NCBI GenBank assembly: GCA_918797485.1
Contig: CAKKNE010000002.1
Span: 1,178,001-1,242,000, forward strand
Direction of reading: 5' to 3'
Length of the DNA stretch: 64,000 bases
Origin: Pelagomonas calceolata
Taxonomy: Eukaryota
Below are positions 19,164 through 30,605 of this stretch, piece by piece. Below the pieces are notes generated by a model. It was not told where the DNA came from, did no database searches, and saw only the letters and a program-made list of their open reading frames with translations. Positions within the stretch are counted from its first letter, which is position 1. The number at the start of each line of letters is the position of its first letter. Position numbers and translations under genes: made by a program.

Positions 19164-19694
19164 TTTCGAGCAGTTTTTTTGCTGGTTTCTTGGCTGGGTG
19201 CTAGCTGAAGCCACTGACGAGCGCTCGGCTTTTCTTTGTGTGCTACGGCGGTGCTAGATCAATCGAAAGCACTGAGATTTTCGAGGGGGTATGCAGCTTC
19301 TACGGTCTCCGACGGCCCGTCGACGTGAGGTCACAGAGCTAAGGAGAAGCCGAGACTGCTGCCAACGCCAATTACTGCGCCGATATGCCGCGCCGCGTTT
19401 ATGGGCCCTCAAAAGGGGAGGCTGCACAAGCTCGATGCATTGCAGGAAATGTGGACCATCCGTTATCAAGCGCCTCGACGCCTCGCGAAGCCCCGCAGGA
19501 CCTCCTCGACGACGGGGCACGGCGCCGCACATTTTGACCTTGGCGCTGCCAAAGCAGGCGCTGCACAGAGAGCAAATCGCCTGGACGGCGGGCAACGCTA
19601 CCGGCGCGGCGCCTCGACGATTTAACCTTGGCGCTCCAAGCGAGAGCAATTGCCCAAAACGGCAGGCAAGACGCGGGCAGCCCAAAACAGCACC

Positions 19695-21839
19695 ATGCCA
19701 CCCCACCAGCGCACGACACTCCTAGACGACGGCAGCCCCGGCTCCGACGCCTGGATCCCGAAGACGCCCTGGCACGAACTAAGGACGGTGATAGGCCGCG
19801 AGGGCCCCGTCGAGGCGCCGATCAATTCGCTGCGGGACCCGCGGACGCCGTGGACCGCGCGTTTTAGATATGCGCAGCACCTGACGCACGGTTGCGAAGA
19901 CGTCGAGTTAAGGACGAAATTGCTCCTGGCGCAGGCGAGGAATTTAGAGAGGACGGCGTCCTATGAGGATGACGAGGACGACGACGACGACGACGACGAG
20001 CTCGATGCTCTATTATCAGTCTTGTGGAGGGCTGGTGCTTTAACAAAAACAAATAGAGGCTTACTAGCATTAGATGCGTACGCGGCCTGGGCCACGGCGC
20101 TGCACTACGCCCTACTCCCAAACCTACTCGCCTCGACAGAAGCCCTCGAGAGCGCGAGAGGAGACTGGGAGCGCGACGTCTCGAGGAGCGGCGCGTTTGA
20201 AGGAGGTAGAGACCACATACCTCAAACCGAGGACCCCGTCGGCCTGCAGCTCCAGCGTTTTGATGACGAAAGTTCTTTATCTTCCGTGGGCTCCGTCCAA
20301 AGAGACAATTCGGAAGACTCCTACGCGCCGCCGCCGTCTCCTTCCCGTTTTGAAGAGGAGCCGGGCATCGACCAGGCGGCCTTTGCGACGGGCATGCGCG
20401 AAGTTTTAAGGGTGTGGGCCCCGGACGATCAAGCGCCTCTGCTGTATTCGTTGATCCAGGCGATCTTCGGCGGTCTGGACGACGTCTGCATGGCGAACCA
20501 CGCGCCGTACGCATTAGATACATTTAGACGGCCTTCAGACATCCCTTGTCTAGCTTTACTACCTCTGAGCTACGCGCGGGAACGGTGCGGCGAGTGGCTC
20601 AAACGCTTCGACAACGGCGCTATTCTGGCGCGCCGGGCCCAAAAGGAGTTCGAAGCGTCCCAAGCGAACCCCGACCAGCCACCTAGACACTTATTGCGAC
20701 CGACGGGGCCGTCTGTCGAGCTAAGTAAAGTGCCCAACAGAGAAAAGCGGTCCACCGTCGTCTCCAAACAGTTAGCGAGGCATTTCTATTTACCAAAGGC
20801 CACGCGTGACTGCGGCTCTGATGCGAGACGGTTTCTCTTGACGTTGAGACAGAAGCAGTCGGCGACTGTGTGGAAATCAACCAGTGTGTCGGGTGCATGC
20901 GGTGAGGAACCGACATCGACACGCCATCGAGCAGGTGTCGCGTCGATGGCGTGGAGGTCGACGAACGCGCCGTAAATTTGATTTCCACACAGGTCGGCGA
21001 TCGAGAAGGACTTTCTGCGGCGCCGGTCGGAGCGGCATCGCACGGAGCAGCCGTCTCCTTTGTGCAAATATCTACCTCCCCGAGAAGTGCTGACGCCGTG
21101 GGCTCCGGACAATTTCAATCCCGTGGGCACCAAAATGCGGGCCAAAAAACGCGACCCGCTGCGTTCCGGTCTCTTCGCGCCGGGCCCGCGCTCTGTGGGC
21201 GGCGGTCACACCGTGAAGATGGCCAAGGCGTCGCCAAAACCGCCGGAGTATTCCATCTTGACGGCGCCGCACATCCATAGAGCCACGGACATCTCGTTAA
21301 GGGGGCCCCCAACCGAGAAGAAGCTCTCGCAGCGCCAGCTGTTGAAAAGGGCCGAGCGGCGCGCGCGGCAACGACTTAGACAAGCCGTCGACGCGCGGTC
21401 CATCGGTTTATTGGTGCAGTACGGCGAGGCCCGGGGCGCCCGCGGTGGGAGCACGCAGGCCGACTCCTTCGTCGCGCCCGACGACGAGTGGCCGTCCACC
21501 ACAGTAACGACGCTGCAGCTGGATTCCCAAGTCGAGACGCACCTGTCAGCCGAAGCCCAGTACGCGCAGGGCGTCCTCGACGGTAGGGTGGTGGTGGCCG
21601 CGGACGCGGGCGCGGCGACTTATGGAATGCAGAGGCCGAGCGACGACCCTGCCGATGATAGGATCCGCGCTGAATTGGCCGAGGCGAAGCGCAAGGCCGC
21701 TTTAAGGCTGCCGCGGGCGCCGCTCGAAGAGAGAGACGCCCTGCTCCGGAAGCGCGTCCCGCCGGACGTGGACTTGCTCGTGCGGGCGCGGAACAAGATT
21801 TTGGAGGGGGCGCCTGTTTTATTACGGTACGCGGTTTAA
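19695..21839 (+). CDS. Hypothetical protein; exons 19695-20857, 20993-21839
   Basis: Two long ORFs join in frame (…RQKQ|SAIEKDFLRRRSERHRTEQPSPLCKYLPP…) on removing the TIR/TSD intron; no family recognised. Confidence 0.7.
20858..20992 (+). mobile_element. Pristine Introner: 127-bp element (20866-20992) plus one TSD copy gives a 135-nt GT-AG intron
   Basis: Perfect 15-bp TIRs CTGTGTGGAAATCAA / TTGATTTCCACACAG; perfect TSD GTCGGCGA (20858-20865, 20993-21000). Confidence 0.95.
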
Positions 21840-21856
21840 CTACATGTTTTTACAGA

Positions 21857-22306
21857 CTACCACAACCAGAGGACGAGCTTCGCCGCCCCGACGGCGAGGC
21901 CCGCCACGACGAACGCGCCGGCGGCGAGCACCACCGGGATCACAAGGTTCGCGGGGAGCGTCATCGAATAGCTCACTTTGCGATGCACGCGCGTGCCGGA
22001 CGCCGAGAGCCAGACCTGGTAGTACGTTGTTTTTGTCACGACGGTCGAGATGTCGTCGTCGCTCCAGGCGGCATAGTGCCCAAAACCGAGGCTCCGGAGG
22101 TCCCACCACCAGCTCAAGCGGAGGTCGCCCGGGTAACAGTCCGACGCCCGCGGCTGGGCCCAGGACTTGAACAGCTCCCGTTGCTTCGCCCACGGCAGCG
22201 CGCGCCACCGCCGCGAGAGCTCGTCGGGCTTCACCGCCACGCCGCCGAGGCACTCGCGGAGGTGGCCGCACCATAAACGGCTTTCGCCCGTGTCGGCGCT
22301 TCGCAT
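21857..22306 (-). CDS. Hypothetical small protein with C-terminal TM helix
   Basis: Protein-like composition and hydrophobic tail 'LVIPVVLAAGAFVVAGLAVGAAKLVLWLW'; start uncertain. Confidence 0.35.
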   Translation of the reverse strand: MRSADTGESRLWCGHLRECLGGVAVKPDELSRRWRALPWAKQRELFKSWAQPRASDCYPGDLRLSWWWDLRSLGFGHYAAWSDDDISTVVTKTTYYQVWLSASGTRVHRKVSYSMTLPANLVIPVVLAAGAFVVAGLAVGAAKLVLWLW

Positions 22307-22794
22307 CGTTTGGAGGCAAGGAATGCGCCTCAGGTGGCTGCCGCGTGGATCCCGAGGACGCGCCTTGCGCTTTAGGCTGCCCGACGGCTTTCTGGTCACC
22401 GCATGGGCTCCTGGCGCGGCGGCATCGGCCCTTGCTCCTCTGTTCAGGCCGGGTTCAATGCGGAATGAGCCGCCCCAGGGCAATCTTACCTCAGATTGTC
22501 CGCTGGATTCAAAAAAGTCCCGTTTTTTTAGGCGTCCCCCACGCCCGGACGACGCCTGCCGCCGCCTCAAGAACCCTGGTGAAATTACGCTGGCTTACAT
22601 ACTAGCTGCTCGTGCACTGGCAAGCAAATTTCGCGGGCGACGAATAAAGGCACATATCACATCCGCCTACCGATTCACAAAGAGGCAGATTCGCAGTGTT
22701 GATGACCTGCATCGCCCAGAAGCCCGCGGCGCTTTCGCCGCAGCGTTTCTCGCCCTTCAGCGGCAGCACGAGTTCTCCGACCACCACCAACTTG

Positions 22795-23535
22795 ATGTCG
22801 GAGAAGGCGCCGGCCGGCCCGGCCGCCATGACGCCCGCGGCACCCGCGCGCACTACCATGACGGCGCCGGGCACCGCTGAACACGCCGCGGCCGAAAAAA
22901 AGGAATTCGCGTCGTTGACGTCAAGAACGGTGGCGGGTCCGAACGCCCCATCCAGGGCCGCCGGCGGCGCGCGCGCGCGCGACGCCAAGTCCATGCCCAA
23001 GGCCACGGGCCGCTGGACCGCCGAGGAGCACGACGAGTTCCTCAAGTGCCTCGACATCTACGGCCGCGAGTGGAAGAAGGTCGCCGAGCGCATCACGACG
23101 CGCACGGCGGCCCAGATCCGGAGCCACGCCCAGAAGTACTTCAAGAAGATCGAGGCCGCCGGCGAGGGCGCCCCCAAGGCCGCGAAGCCCGCGACAACGC
23201 CGGCGGCGGCCGACGGCGCGCCCCAAATCCCCGCGGAGACGCTGGCGGGGGCGCTCGGCGCGCTCGACGACATGCTGCGGGCCCTGCGGTCGAAGCGCGC
23301 GCGCTACGACGACGATCAAACGCCGAGCGAGGCCGCCTCCGATGCTAGTGACGCGCCGCCGGTCGAGAAGCGGCCGCGCGCGGCGAGCGAGGGCCTCGTC
23401 ATTCCGCAGGCGAAGCGGTCGCGGGCGAACAGCGACGACCGCGCGCCGGGCCTGCGGCGCCGCGTCACGTGCGACGACCTCCGCGCGCTCGAGGCGCTCG
23501 AGCTCCTCCGCGAGGCCGCGGGCGGCGCGTTCTAG
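22795..23535 (+). CDS. Myb-like SHAQKYF transcription factor
   Basis: 'GRWTAEEHDEFLKCLDIYGREWKKVAERITTRTAAQIRSHAQKYF'. Confidence 0.92.
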   Translation: MSEKAPAGPAAMTPAAPARTTMTAPGTAEHAAAEKKEFASLTSRTVAGPNAPSRAAGGARARDAKSMPKATGRWTAEEHDEFLKCLDIYGREWKKVAERITTRTAAQIRSHAQKYFKKIEAAGEGAPKAAKPATTPAAADGAPQIPAETLAGALGALDDMLRALRSKRARYDDDQTPSEAASDASDAPPVEKRPRAASEGLVIPQAKRSRANSDDRAPGLRRRVTCDDLRALEALELLREAAGGAF

Positions 23536-24111
23536 TGACGTGTTGAGCCGCTTCCGCGGCGGCGCGATAGGCGCCGCCGCCCATGTGACATCCTGTGCCC
23601 TCCGCCAACGTGCCGGAAAGTCCGCACGTTTACCCCCCCCAATGTACACACCGCTGTCGTGTATTGTACACATCCCCTGTCCGTAATGACCATTTCCCCG
23701 AGTCCGTGTCTTCCAGTCGCGGCGGCGGCGTGGGGGTTGCTGACGCCGTCGAGCAGACGTCGCGTCGATGGCGTGAAGGCGCCGCGCGAGTCTGAGTGTC
23801 ATCGAACCCGAACGCATTTATGCTGCGGATGATGCCACGGCGGATGGTGATTACATTTTACCCGCCGCGAATACGCTCGAGTTGTTGTTATGAAAGAAGC
23901 GGCACGCGCCCGCCGCCGATGAATCGGCGACGCGCGGTGTCTCCCCCCCAGCCCGGGCAGGGGCTCCGTCCACTAGTCCTAGCACTGTAACAAGCACGCT
24001 CGACTCGGAGACGTGAGGCCGAGGCGGTTTTTCTCCGAAGCTCGCGCGCCTCGAGGCGGGGCGCAGGCGCTCAACTACAAAACCAAAACCTTAGGACCCC
24101 AGAAAAAAAAG

Positions 24112-26115
24112 TCAGGTCAGCAGGTCCACGTCCACGGACGGCGAGTCGTCCTCCTTGAGGTCGACGAGCTCGACCCCCCGCGACTGCTCCGTCGTCAGCG
24201 GCGACCAGGCGCGCGGGCCCCGCACGCCGAGGGGCTGGGCCTCGAAGTCCCCCTCGACCTCCAACGCGCCCTCCTTCGGGCTCGCCACGTCGCGGTAGAC
24301 GGGGTTTCTGGCTTCCTCCATAGCTCTCTGGATGTCGCGCCACGTCGGCTCGTCGCGCCGCGCCTTGTGGTGCTTCCAGACCGTGTAGCCCGCCAGCGCG
24401 ACGGCGGCGCAGGCCACGATCATGACGACAACTAATGCAGCAATCAGCACGGTGAGGTCGGCCGAGGCTGAATTTGCGTGGGACCCGCCGTCGTCGCCAC
24501 CAATGGCGGCCGTGGAGGCCGTCGGGCGCGGGACCGGCGCCGCCGTCGGCCTTGATGTCGGGTGGGGCACGGGCCGCCGCGTGGGGTGCGGCGTCGCGCC
24601 AATGACGGGCGACGGCGTCGGCGCCCCGGCCGCGACGGGCGCGGCGCTCGGGGACCCGGGCCGCGGCGACGGTGCTAATGAAGGCGCGATCAGCGCGCGC
24701 GAGTCGACGACAAAGTCCTTCCACGTATGGGCGCAGTCCGTGCGCGTCGCCGTCGCCAGCACCGCGCCGTCCGCGCCCCTCAAAACTTCCACGGTGCCGT
24801 AGGCGCTGCTGAGGGGGGGCGAGCAGAACAACCTCAACAATAATTGATCCGCGCCGTCCACCAAGTACTCGCGCTCGACCCTTTTGCCGTTATCCGACTC
24901 GACGTACTCGTGGCCGTCGATGTCCGGCACGAGCGTGAGCCACTGGCCCTCATTAATTTCGGACGACGTCGTCCGCGTGGGTTTTAATGAAGGCGCCGGC
25001 GTCGGCGTGTGGTTGGACGTGGGCGCCATTGATGAAGTCGGCCGCGGCGTCGCGAGCGACGGCCCGTCTATTCTATAAAGCTCGACGCTCGCGACGGCCG
25101 TCGACGCCGTCCAGTCGAGGGCCAGCATCATCTGGACGTTTCTCGGTGCCCACGTCGGCGTGCGCGTGGGAAAGCCGTGCTCGACCGTGAAATTGTAGGC
25201 CGCGGTGCCGTCGGCGCCCGGCTCCGCGTCGGACACGTAGACCTCGAAGCCGTCCGCGTCGCGCACCGACGCCTTGCCGCCCGCCCAACCGGTAGTCCCG
25301 CCTCGTACGAGTAACGCGTAGTCGCCCGCGCTGAAGCGGTAGTCCGCCGACAGCTTTTTGTCATCGCCGTCGACGGCCGCATCAAAGCCCCACCACGCGT
25401 CGACGCCGCAGGGCGCCACGTCGGGCGCCTTGCGCGGGTCGCGCGGGTGCGCGCCGTCTATTAAATAAGGTCCCACGAGGCCCGTCGGCGTCGGGGCGCC
25501 GTAGCCGCGCGAGTATGATTGGATAGCGACGTGCGCGTCGAATCTTTTGGAAGGGTCGCTCGCTCCAGAAAAATCGAGGTCCACGGCAAACTCATAGGTC
25601 GTCGACCGGCTCTTCGTGGGAGCGGGCGACGGGTGGTGGCGCGCCTCGAAGGTGACCATTGAAGAAACGCTGCACTCCGCGTTCAGGCAGCCCGCGTGAT
25701 GCTCGGGGTTCGCCGCCTGGCTTCCATGTAATTCGTCGCAGCCCTCCATGGCTAGGGTATACGACCCCGCCCCCCAGCCGTCGCCCCATTCATCGTACGT
25801 GTGCAGCTCGTAGTCGCCCGCCGCGAGGCAGTATCGGCACTCGCTGGTGTAGGTCGCCGCGTCGCCGTGGACGAAGGAGTCGTAGGGCGGCGTGCACGTC
25901 TCGACGGCGTTGACCTCGCTCATCATGTCGAGGCGGTCCTCGCCGCCGGCCGCCGTGAGCCAGGCCGCGGCCTCCTCCATGTCGCGCTTCGTCGCTTCGA
26001 CGGTCTTGCCAAGCAATCCCGAAAAGTCCAGGGTGATGGTCACGGTCTGGTCCGGGCAGAAAAGGGGGTTGGAGGCCCATGCCGTCGTGAGCAGCAGCGG
26101 CAGCAGCCCGCGCAT
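24112..26115 (-). CDS. Type I membrane/cell-surface protein
   Basis: Signal MRGLLPLLLTTAWA, beta-rich domains ('TYDEWGDGWGAGSY'), PT-rich stalk, TM 'LTVLIAALVVVMIVACAAVALAGYTVW' and cytosolic tail. Confidence 0.75.
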   Translation of the reverse strand: MRGLLPLLLTTAWASNPLFCPDQTVTITLDFSGLLGKTVEATKRDMEEAAAWLTAAGGEDRLDMMSEVNAVETCTPPYDSFVHGDAATYTSECRYCLAAGDYELHTYDEWGDGWGAGSYTLAMEGCDELHGSQAANPEHHAGCLNAECSVSSMVTFEARHHPSPAPTKSRSTTYEFAVDLDFSGASDPSKRFDAHVAIQSYSRGYGAPTPTGLVGPYLIDGAHPRDPRKAPDVAPCGVDAWWGFDAAVDGDDKKLSADYRFSAGDYALLVRGGTTGWAGGKASVRDADGFEVYVSDAEPGADGTAAYNFTVEHGFPTRTPTWAPRNVQMMLALDWTASTAVASVELYRIDGPSLATPRPTSSMAPTSNHTPTPAPSLKPTRTTSSEINEGQWLTLVPDIDGHEYVESDNGKRVEREYLVDGADQLLLRLFCSPPLSSAYGTVEVLRGADGAVLATATRTDCAHTWKDFVVDSRALIAPSLAPSPRPGSPSAAPVAAGAPTPSPVIGATPHPTRRPVPHPTSRPTAAPVPRPTASTAAIGGDDGGSHANSASADLTVLIAALVVVMIVACAAVALAGYTVWKHHKARRDEPTWRDIQRAMEEARNPVYRDVASPKEGALEVEGDFEAQPLGVRGPRAWSPLTTEQSRGVELVDLKEDDSPSVDVDLLT

Positions 26116-26547
26116 CCTGGAATCGCTGCCCCCGGCACTCGCGTGCGACGCAGCGTTTCGTTTCGATGCGTCGATGGCGTGGAGGCTGCCTGAGTCCTGT
26201 GCTCGCGCTGCACGAGGCGATGTGTTTGTCCTGAATTTTTTGCAATTTGGCTTCGGCGGGTTTTTCAAATTTTCAAGGGCCTCCGACGGCCGAGAGCCGT
26301 GCCAATGAGCCTTCCAGACCTCGCCGTACCGGTCCTCGGCGCGGGCCCCATCCGCTCGGCGCCTTGGTGCAAGACAAATTCGCATTTGCCTGAGTGCACG
26401 CATAAATCGCCGCGCCGCGCGGACGCTGCCCCTGCGTGTAGCATCACTCGAAAACAACGCGGCTGCGAACGCACGGCGCCCATCTCGCAAGCAGCACCCC
26501 AGGAGCAAGCGCTGCCCCACACACCCGGCACGCCGCCGCGCCGTACC

Positions 26548-27297
26548 ATGTCGACGGACATCGACTACTGGAGCGACTCCTACCGGTCATCAATTGATGA
26601 CGCCGACCGGTTAGTGACTTCCCTGGGCGCGTGCGAGCCTGATGAAAGACTATCAATAATCGACGCAGCGGACGCGAAACTGAAGCGCGCCGGGGGCATC
26701 AAGAAGTCCTACAAGCTCGAATTGAGGTTGCTGAGAGATAGGGAACTGAAAAGGAACTACGAGGAGTCTTTGCGGGAACTCGACGACCGACGAGACGAAC
26801 TGAAGCGAAGGGTCGAGGAGCACAGAGAACGGACTGAGCGGAGTACTCTACTACAAGAGACACCAGCCGCATTCGGAGAACACAAGGGCAACGACTACTA
26901 CCTCGACAAAGCCCATAGTCTACAAGATAAGACGGAAAATACCCTCGAGAGAACGACACAGATGATCGAAGCGTCCAAGGAAGTCGGCGCCTCCACACTA
27001 TCCGAGCTAGAGAGGCAGCAAGATCAAATAAAAGATGTGTCCGCCGATATCATGCTCATCGAGGACAATTTGAGCAGGGCCGATCGGCTCATCCGGAACT
27101 TTACGAAACGAATGATGACCGATAAATTGATCATGGGCTTCGCCTTCCTGAACATGTGCGCGCTGACGGGCATCATCGTCTACTGCGTGGTGACGGGGAA
27201 GGTGCTGGGGGACGACAAGAAGAAAGATAAGGAGGAGGGGCCCGACGAGAGCGAGCGGCGGCTGTTCCTGCGAGGGGGGGGTTATGGGTACGGGTAA
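26548..27297 (+). CDS. Qb-SNARE (VTI1/NPSN-like)
   Basis: Habc-like N-terminus, SNARE heptads 'ASKEVGASTLSELERQQDQI...LSRADRLIRNFTKRMMTDK', C-terminal TM. Confidence 0.85.
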   Translation: MSTDIDYWSDSYRSSIDDADRLVTSLGACEPDERLSIIDAADAKLKRAGGIKKSYKLELRLLRDRELKRNYEESLRELDDRRDELKRRVEEHRERTERSTLLQETPAAFGEHKGNDYYLDKAHSLQDKTENTLERTTQMIEASKEVGASTLSELERQQDQIKDVSADIMLIEDNLSRADRLIRNFTKRMMTDKLIMGFAFLNMCALTGIIVYCVVTGKVLGDDKKKDKEEGPDESERRLFLRGGGYGYG

Positions 27298-27456
27298 TTT
27301 GTGGTCTCTTGTATTATTCTGTCGCGGGGCTAGAGTGCGGGTGCCTCGACAACAAGGGTCACTCGAGAGCGCGCTCTGCCGACGCGCACAGCTGCCCTTC
27401 GCGGTAATTTCTCGTCGTTTGCGTCGCGCGGCCCTTCGACGACGATCCGCAGCGCA

Positions 27457-28929
27457 ATGGTTCGACGGCGCTCATCACTCGCTGGCCTTCACGCCGCCGC
27501 CCGCAACCTCGACCTCGACAAGCTAAAGCGCATCCTCGCGGTCGGTGCGGATCCCAATAGAGTACTCTCCCAAGGTCCGTATCGTGACACGACGCCGCTT
27601 CTTGTTTTGTGCGGGCACTCCTGGCAAGACGCGAGAACCCCTGCTGTACTCGAGGCGTGGGCACGACGAGAGGAGGATGTGGTCGCTTGCGCTGCCGCGC
27701 TCATCGAGGCCGGCGCGGACGTGAATCTCCGGAGCAGATGGATAGGGACGCCGCTTTCGCTGGCAGCAGGTGGTCTATTGGGGGACGATTGCTGGCGTGG
27801 TTACCCCATGCCGCGCCTCGTGTCCCTGCTGATAGCAGCTGGCGCTGACGTGACTTCGGCGGGTCGGTGGGTGCTGAAGGCGGCAGCAGAGTCATTACTC
27901 TACTATCGCGGCGACAAAGGCGAAAGGGACGCCGTCCGTGTTATCAGCACGCTCGTCGACGCGGGCGTCGATGTGCGTGGCCGGGAAATAGAGGAGTTTC
28001 TTCCACGCCCTCGTTATGTAGGCACCGATGGTCGCGTCCGTGTTCCCTCGCGCCGCGCCACCAACCGCGTCATCGCGATCCTCCTCCGCGCCGGCGCGGC
28101 GGTTCCGGAACTGCGACCATTGGTGGACGACCCAGCTCTCGGATATCTAAGAAAGGTGGCCTTGTCTGGTGGCTATAAGAACTACGAGCAAAGGTGCCTC
28201 AGGGCCTTCGAGACGATGCTTGCTCCGAAGTTCCCTCTGCTGCCCGAGGACGTCATCCCAAATATTGTCCTATTTGCATTCCACAACGGGATGTACGAGA
28301 TCGAGTGGCGCATGCCACCGGGCGTGTTGGTGCGAATCCGCGACGCGCTGCTATCGCGCAGCGACGAAATCGATGAAATTCGCGTATCTGCAAAGGAGAC
28401 GCGGTATGCCGTGGCTCATGGCTGGTGCGTCGAAGGGTCCGAGCTTCTGGGGCGGAGGGTGCGAGTCCCGCACTTTGTCCCTCCCGGCTACTCAGAAGGC
28501 ATCATTCGGGGCTGGCTCGACGCTTATGACTTTGATCTCCGGGAGCGCCTCGGTGCGCGCCTGATGAACTCTGCCTATTGCGAGGGTAAAGCGGTGCCTC
28601 TGTTCCGCATCTGTTTTCGGACTGGCCATTATGCGGGCCTCGTTGGCACGCCAATGACGCTGGAGAAAGTGTCGAAGTTGCTGCTTCCGGCGTCGCCGCA
28701 AGACGCCAAGCCCACTCCCTCCGAGATAGACGCCGCCCTGCGGGATCGAGCCTTCACGCCGACTATGCTGGCGTGCCTCCACGCCTCGCTGGATTTGCCG
28801 GCCGACGCGAGTACGACCGAGTTCCTCGGCGCCGTGTACGACGCGGCGGTCGAGGCGGGCGTCAACCCCATGCCCTCCATGACAGTCGGAGAATACATGA
28901 ACTGGACGCCGCCGCCGCCGCGGGAGTAA
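27457..28929 (+). CDS. Ankyrin-repeat protein with C-terminal extension
   Basis: 'LHAAAR', 'GADPN', 'LIEAGADVN', 'TPLSLAA', 'LIAAGADV'. Confidence 0.75.
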   Translation: MVRRRSSLAGLHAAARNLDLDKLKRILAVGADPNRVLSQGPYRDTTPLLVLCGHSWQDARTPAVLEAWARREEDVVACAAALIEAGADVNLRSRWIGTPLSLAAGGLLGDDCWRGYPMPRLVSLLIAAGADVTSAGRWVLKAAAESLLYYRGDKGERDAVRVISTLVDAGVDVRGREIEEFLPRPRYVGTDGRVRVPSRRATNRVIAILLRAGAAVPELRPLVDDPALGYLRKVALSGGYKNYEQRCLRAFETMLAPKFPLLPEDVIPNIVLFAFHNGMYEIEWRMPPGVLVRIRDALLSRSDEIDEIRVSAKETRYAVAHGWCVEGSELLGRRVRVPHFVPPGYSEGIIRGWLDAYDFDLRERLGARLMNSAYCEGKAVPLFRICFRTGHYAGLVGTPMTLEKVSKLLLPASPQDAKPTPSEIDAALRDRAFTPTMLACLHASLDLPADASTTEFLGAVYDAAVEAGVNPMPSMTVGEYMNWTPPPPRE

Positions 28930-28942
28930 ATTATATGTGAAC

Positions 28943-30145
28943 TTACTCCTCCTCCCCCCCCTCGAAGTGCTTCTTGATGTGCTTCGCCAGCTGGAACATT
29001 TCGAACCGCTCGACCCCAAACAACGCTTTGAGCTTATCATCACAGACGATGATGCGCTTGTTCGACGGGTCGCTCTGCAAATTATTGGCCTTGATGTGCG
29101 CCCAGAAGATTTTTGACAAAGTAAATCTATTGTTCGTCTCGACGCCCGCGAACTCCGCCAGCGCCGCCGACCCTTTGTACTGCGCCGCGGGTTTCGGATA
29201 GGCCTTCTTCTTCTTCTTCTTCGGCTGCTCGTCACTCTCTTCATCGTCAGACGGCTCTCGTTGCTTCTTCTTTTTTTTGGGAGCTTTCGGCTTGGTCGCC
29301 TCGCCATCTTTAAAAATATGTTGACCGAGTAACTTGGACATGCCAAAGCCCGTGACCTTATCCCTCTTGAAGACCTTTTTTAGTTTTTCATCGCACAGTA
29401 TTTCATTTCTGTTGGCCGGGTTCTGGAGATCATGAGCTTTGATGTACTTCCACAGGAGCTTGACGAGTCGAAAATGGTTCGCTCGGGACACGCCCACGAC
29501 AGCAGACATGTCCTCCGATATGAATGGATGGCGCGGGTCCTCGTCCTCCTCGTCTGGAGCACTTCGCTCTTGGACGCGCTTCGTCACGTGCTCCTTGAAC
29601 CAGTCCTTGTCCTCGCCCGCAATTTCAATACTCAAATCGGAGGCGACCTTCTTGCGCAGCGACTTCATGTTCATCTCGTCGAGGTCGACCTCTTTGAGGA
29701 GGGCGTCGAGGTGCGTGGCGATGCGGGCGCGCAGGGTGGGCGCTTCTGCCGGCTCTGGTGCGGGCTCCGGTGCTTCGGGCGCCGGCGCGGCCGGTGCTTC
29801 CGGTGCCTCGGGCGCCGGCGCGGCGACGGGCGGCGGCGCGGCGGGCTCGGGCGGCGGCGCGGCGGGCTTGGGCGGCGCCGGCGGCGCCGTGTCCATGGGC
29901 GCGGCCGGTGGTGGGGGCGCCGGGGGCGCCGCGGCCGGAGGCTCGGGGTCGGCCGCGGGCGCGGGGGGCGCGGCCGGCGCCGGCGCCGGCGCGGCCGCCG
30001 GCGCCGCGGCCTCGGCCGCCGCGGCGAGCTCGGCCTTGCGCGCGCGCTTGGCCTCCTTCTTGGCCTTGCGTAATTGCTTCTGCTTCTCCTTCTCGTCCAT
30101 CTGGGCACTCTCGAGGCTCGCCTTCATGGCCAGGCGCATGGACAT
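28943..30145 (-). CDS. DEK-C plus two SWIB/MDM2 domains (UAF30/TRI1-like chromatin protein)
   Basis: 'LDEMNMKSLRKKVASDL', 'LWKYIKAHDLQNPANRNEILCDEKLKKVF', 'FWAHIKANNLQSDPSNKRIIVCDDKLKALF'. Confidence 0.88.
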   Translation of the reverse strand: MSMRLAMKASLESAQMDEKEKQKQLRKAKKEAKRARKAELAAAAEAAAPAAAPAPAPAAPPAPAADPEPPAAAPPAPPPPAAPMDTAPPAPPKPAAPPPEPAAPPPVAAPAPEAPEAPAAPAPEAPEPAPEPAEAPTLRARIATHLDALLKEVDLDEMNMKSLRKKVASDLSIEIAGEDKDWFKEHVTKRVQERSAPDEEDEDPRHPFISEDMSAVVGVSRANHFRLVKLLWKYIKAHDLQNPANRNEILCDEKLKKVFKRDKVTGFGMSKLLGQHIFKDGEATKPKAPKKKKKQREPSDDEESDEQPKKKKKKAYPKPAAQYKGSAALAEFAGVETNNRFTLSKIFWAHIKANNLQSDPSNKRIIVCDDKLKALFGVERFEMFQLAKHIKKHFEGGEEE

Positions 30146-30392
30146 CTTTTTGCGTCGTGGTGCGTGACCCGCTATACGTCTAGATCAAAAAGCCGCGTCG
30201 CGCCGCCGCCGATTTCGGCTGGGAGAGCCTCCTGAGGAGGAACAGTGCGGAGCGCAACTAGTGCTTTCGGGACAGCGAGCACTGGCAGGCCTTGAACCAA
30301 GGAAGACTTGGAGGCCCTGAGAGGACTGTTACTTGCCCAGCGGTCCCGTGGAAACTATTACAGAGACGCCGACCTCCTCGGCCTCGAGCTTC

Positions 30393-30414
30393 CTAGTGTG
30401 TCTACGCAAACTAG
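30393..30414 (-). promoter_or_regulatory. CTAG-bounded upstream motif, degenerate copy (CTAGTTTGCGTAGACACACTAG on - strand)
   Basis: Same 14-nt spacing and ACACTAG end; divergent gap, 192 bp upstream of ATG 30606. Confidence 0.4.
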
Positions 30415-30605
30415 CAAGCCTCGAACGCATTCCTCCACGCGAACCCCCAGACGACTAGCTCCGGACCACTACCAGAGCACGAGAAAAACGAGGCTGCCCC
30501 GCACGCAAACAGAGAGCCGCTGTGGAGGGCAGCAAATCGACGGCCTAAGGACGGCTACAATCGCACCGATCATGAACGCACGACGACGATGAGGCGACGC
30601 CGACG

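Noticed and set aside
26116..26547. N-terminal extensions given by the ORF track for the two divergent genes
   Set aside because: They overlap each other and use GTG/TTG-type starts; the downstream ATGs (26115 and 26548) give sensible N-termini.
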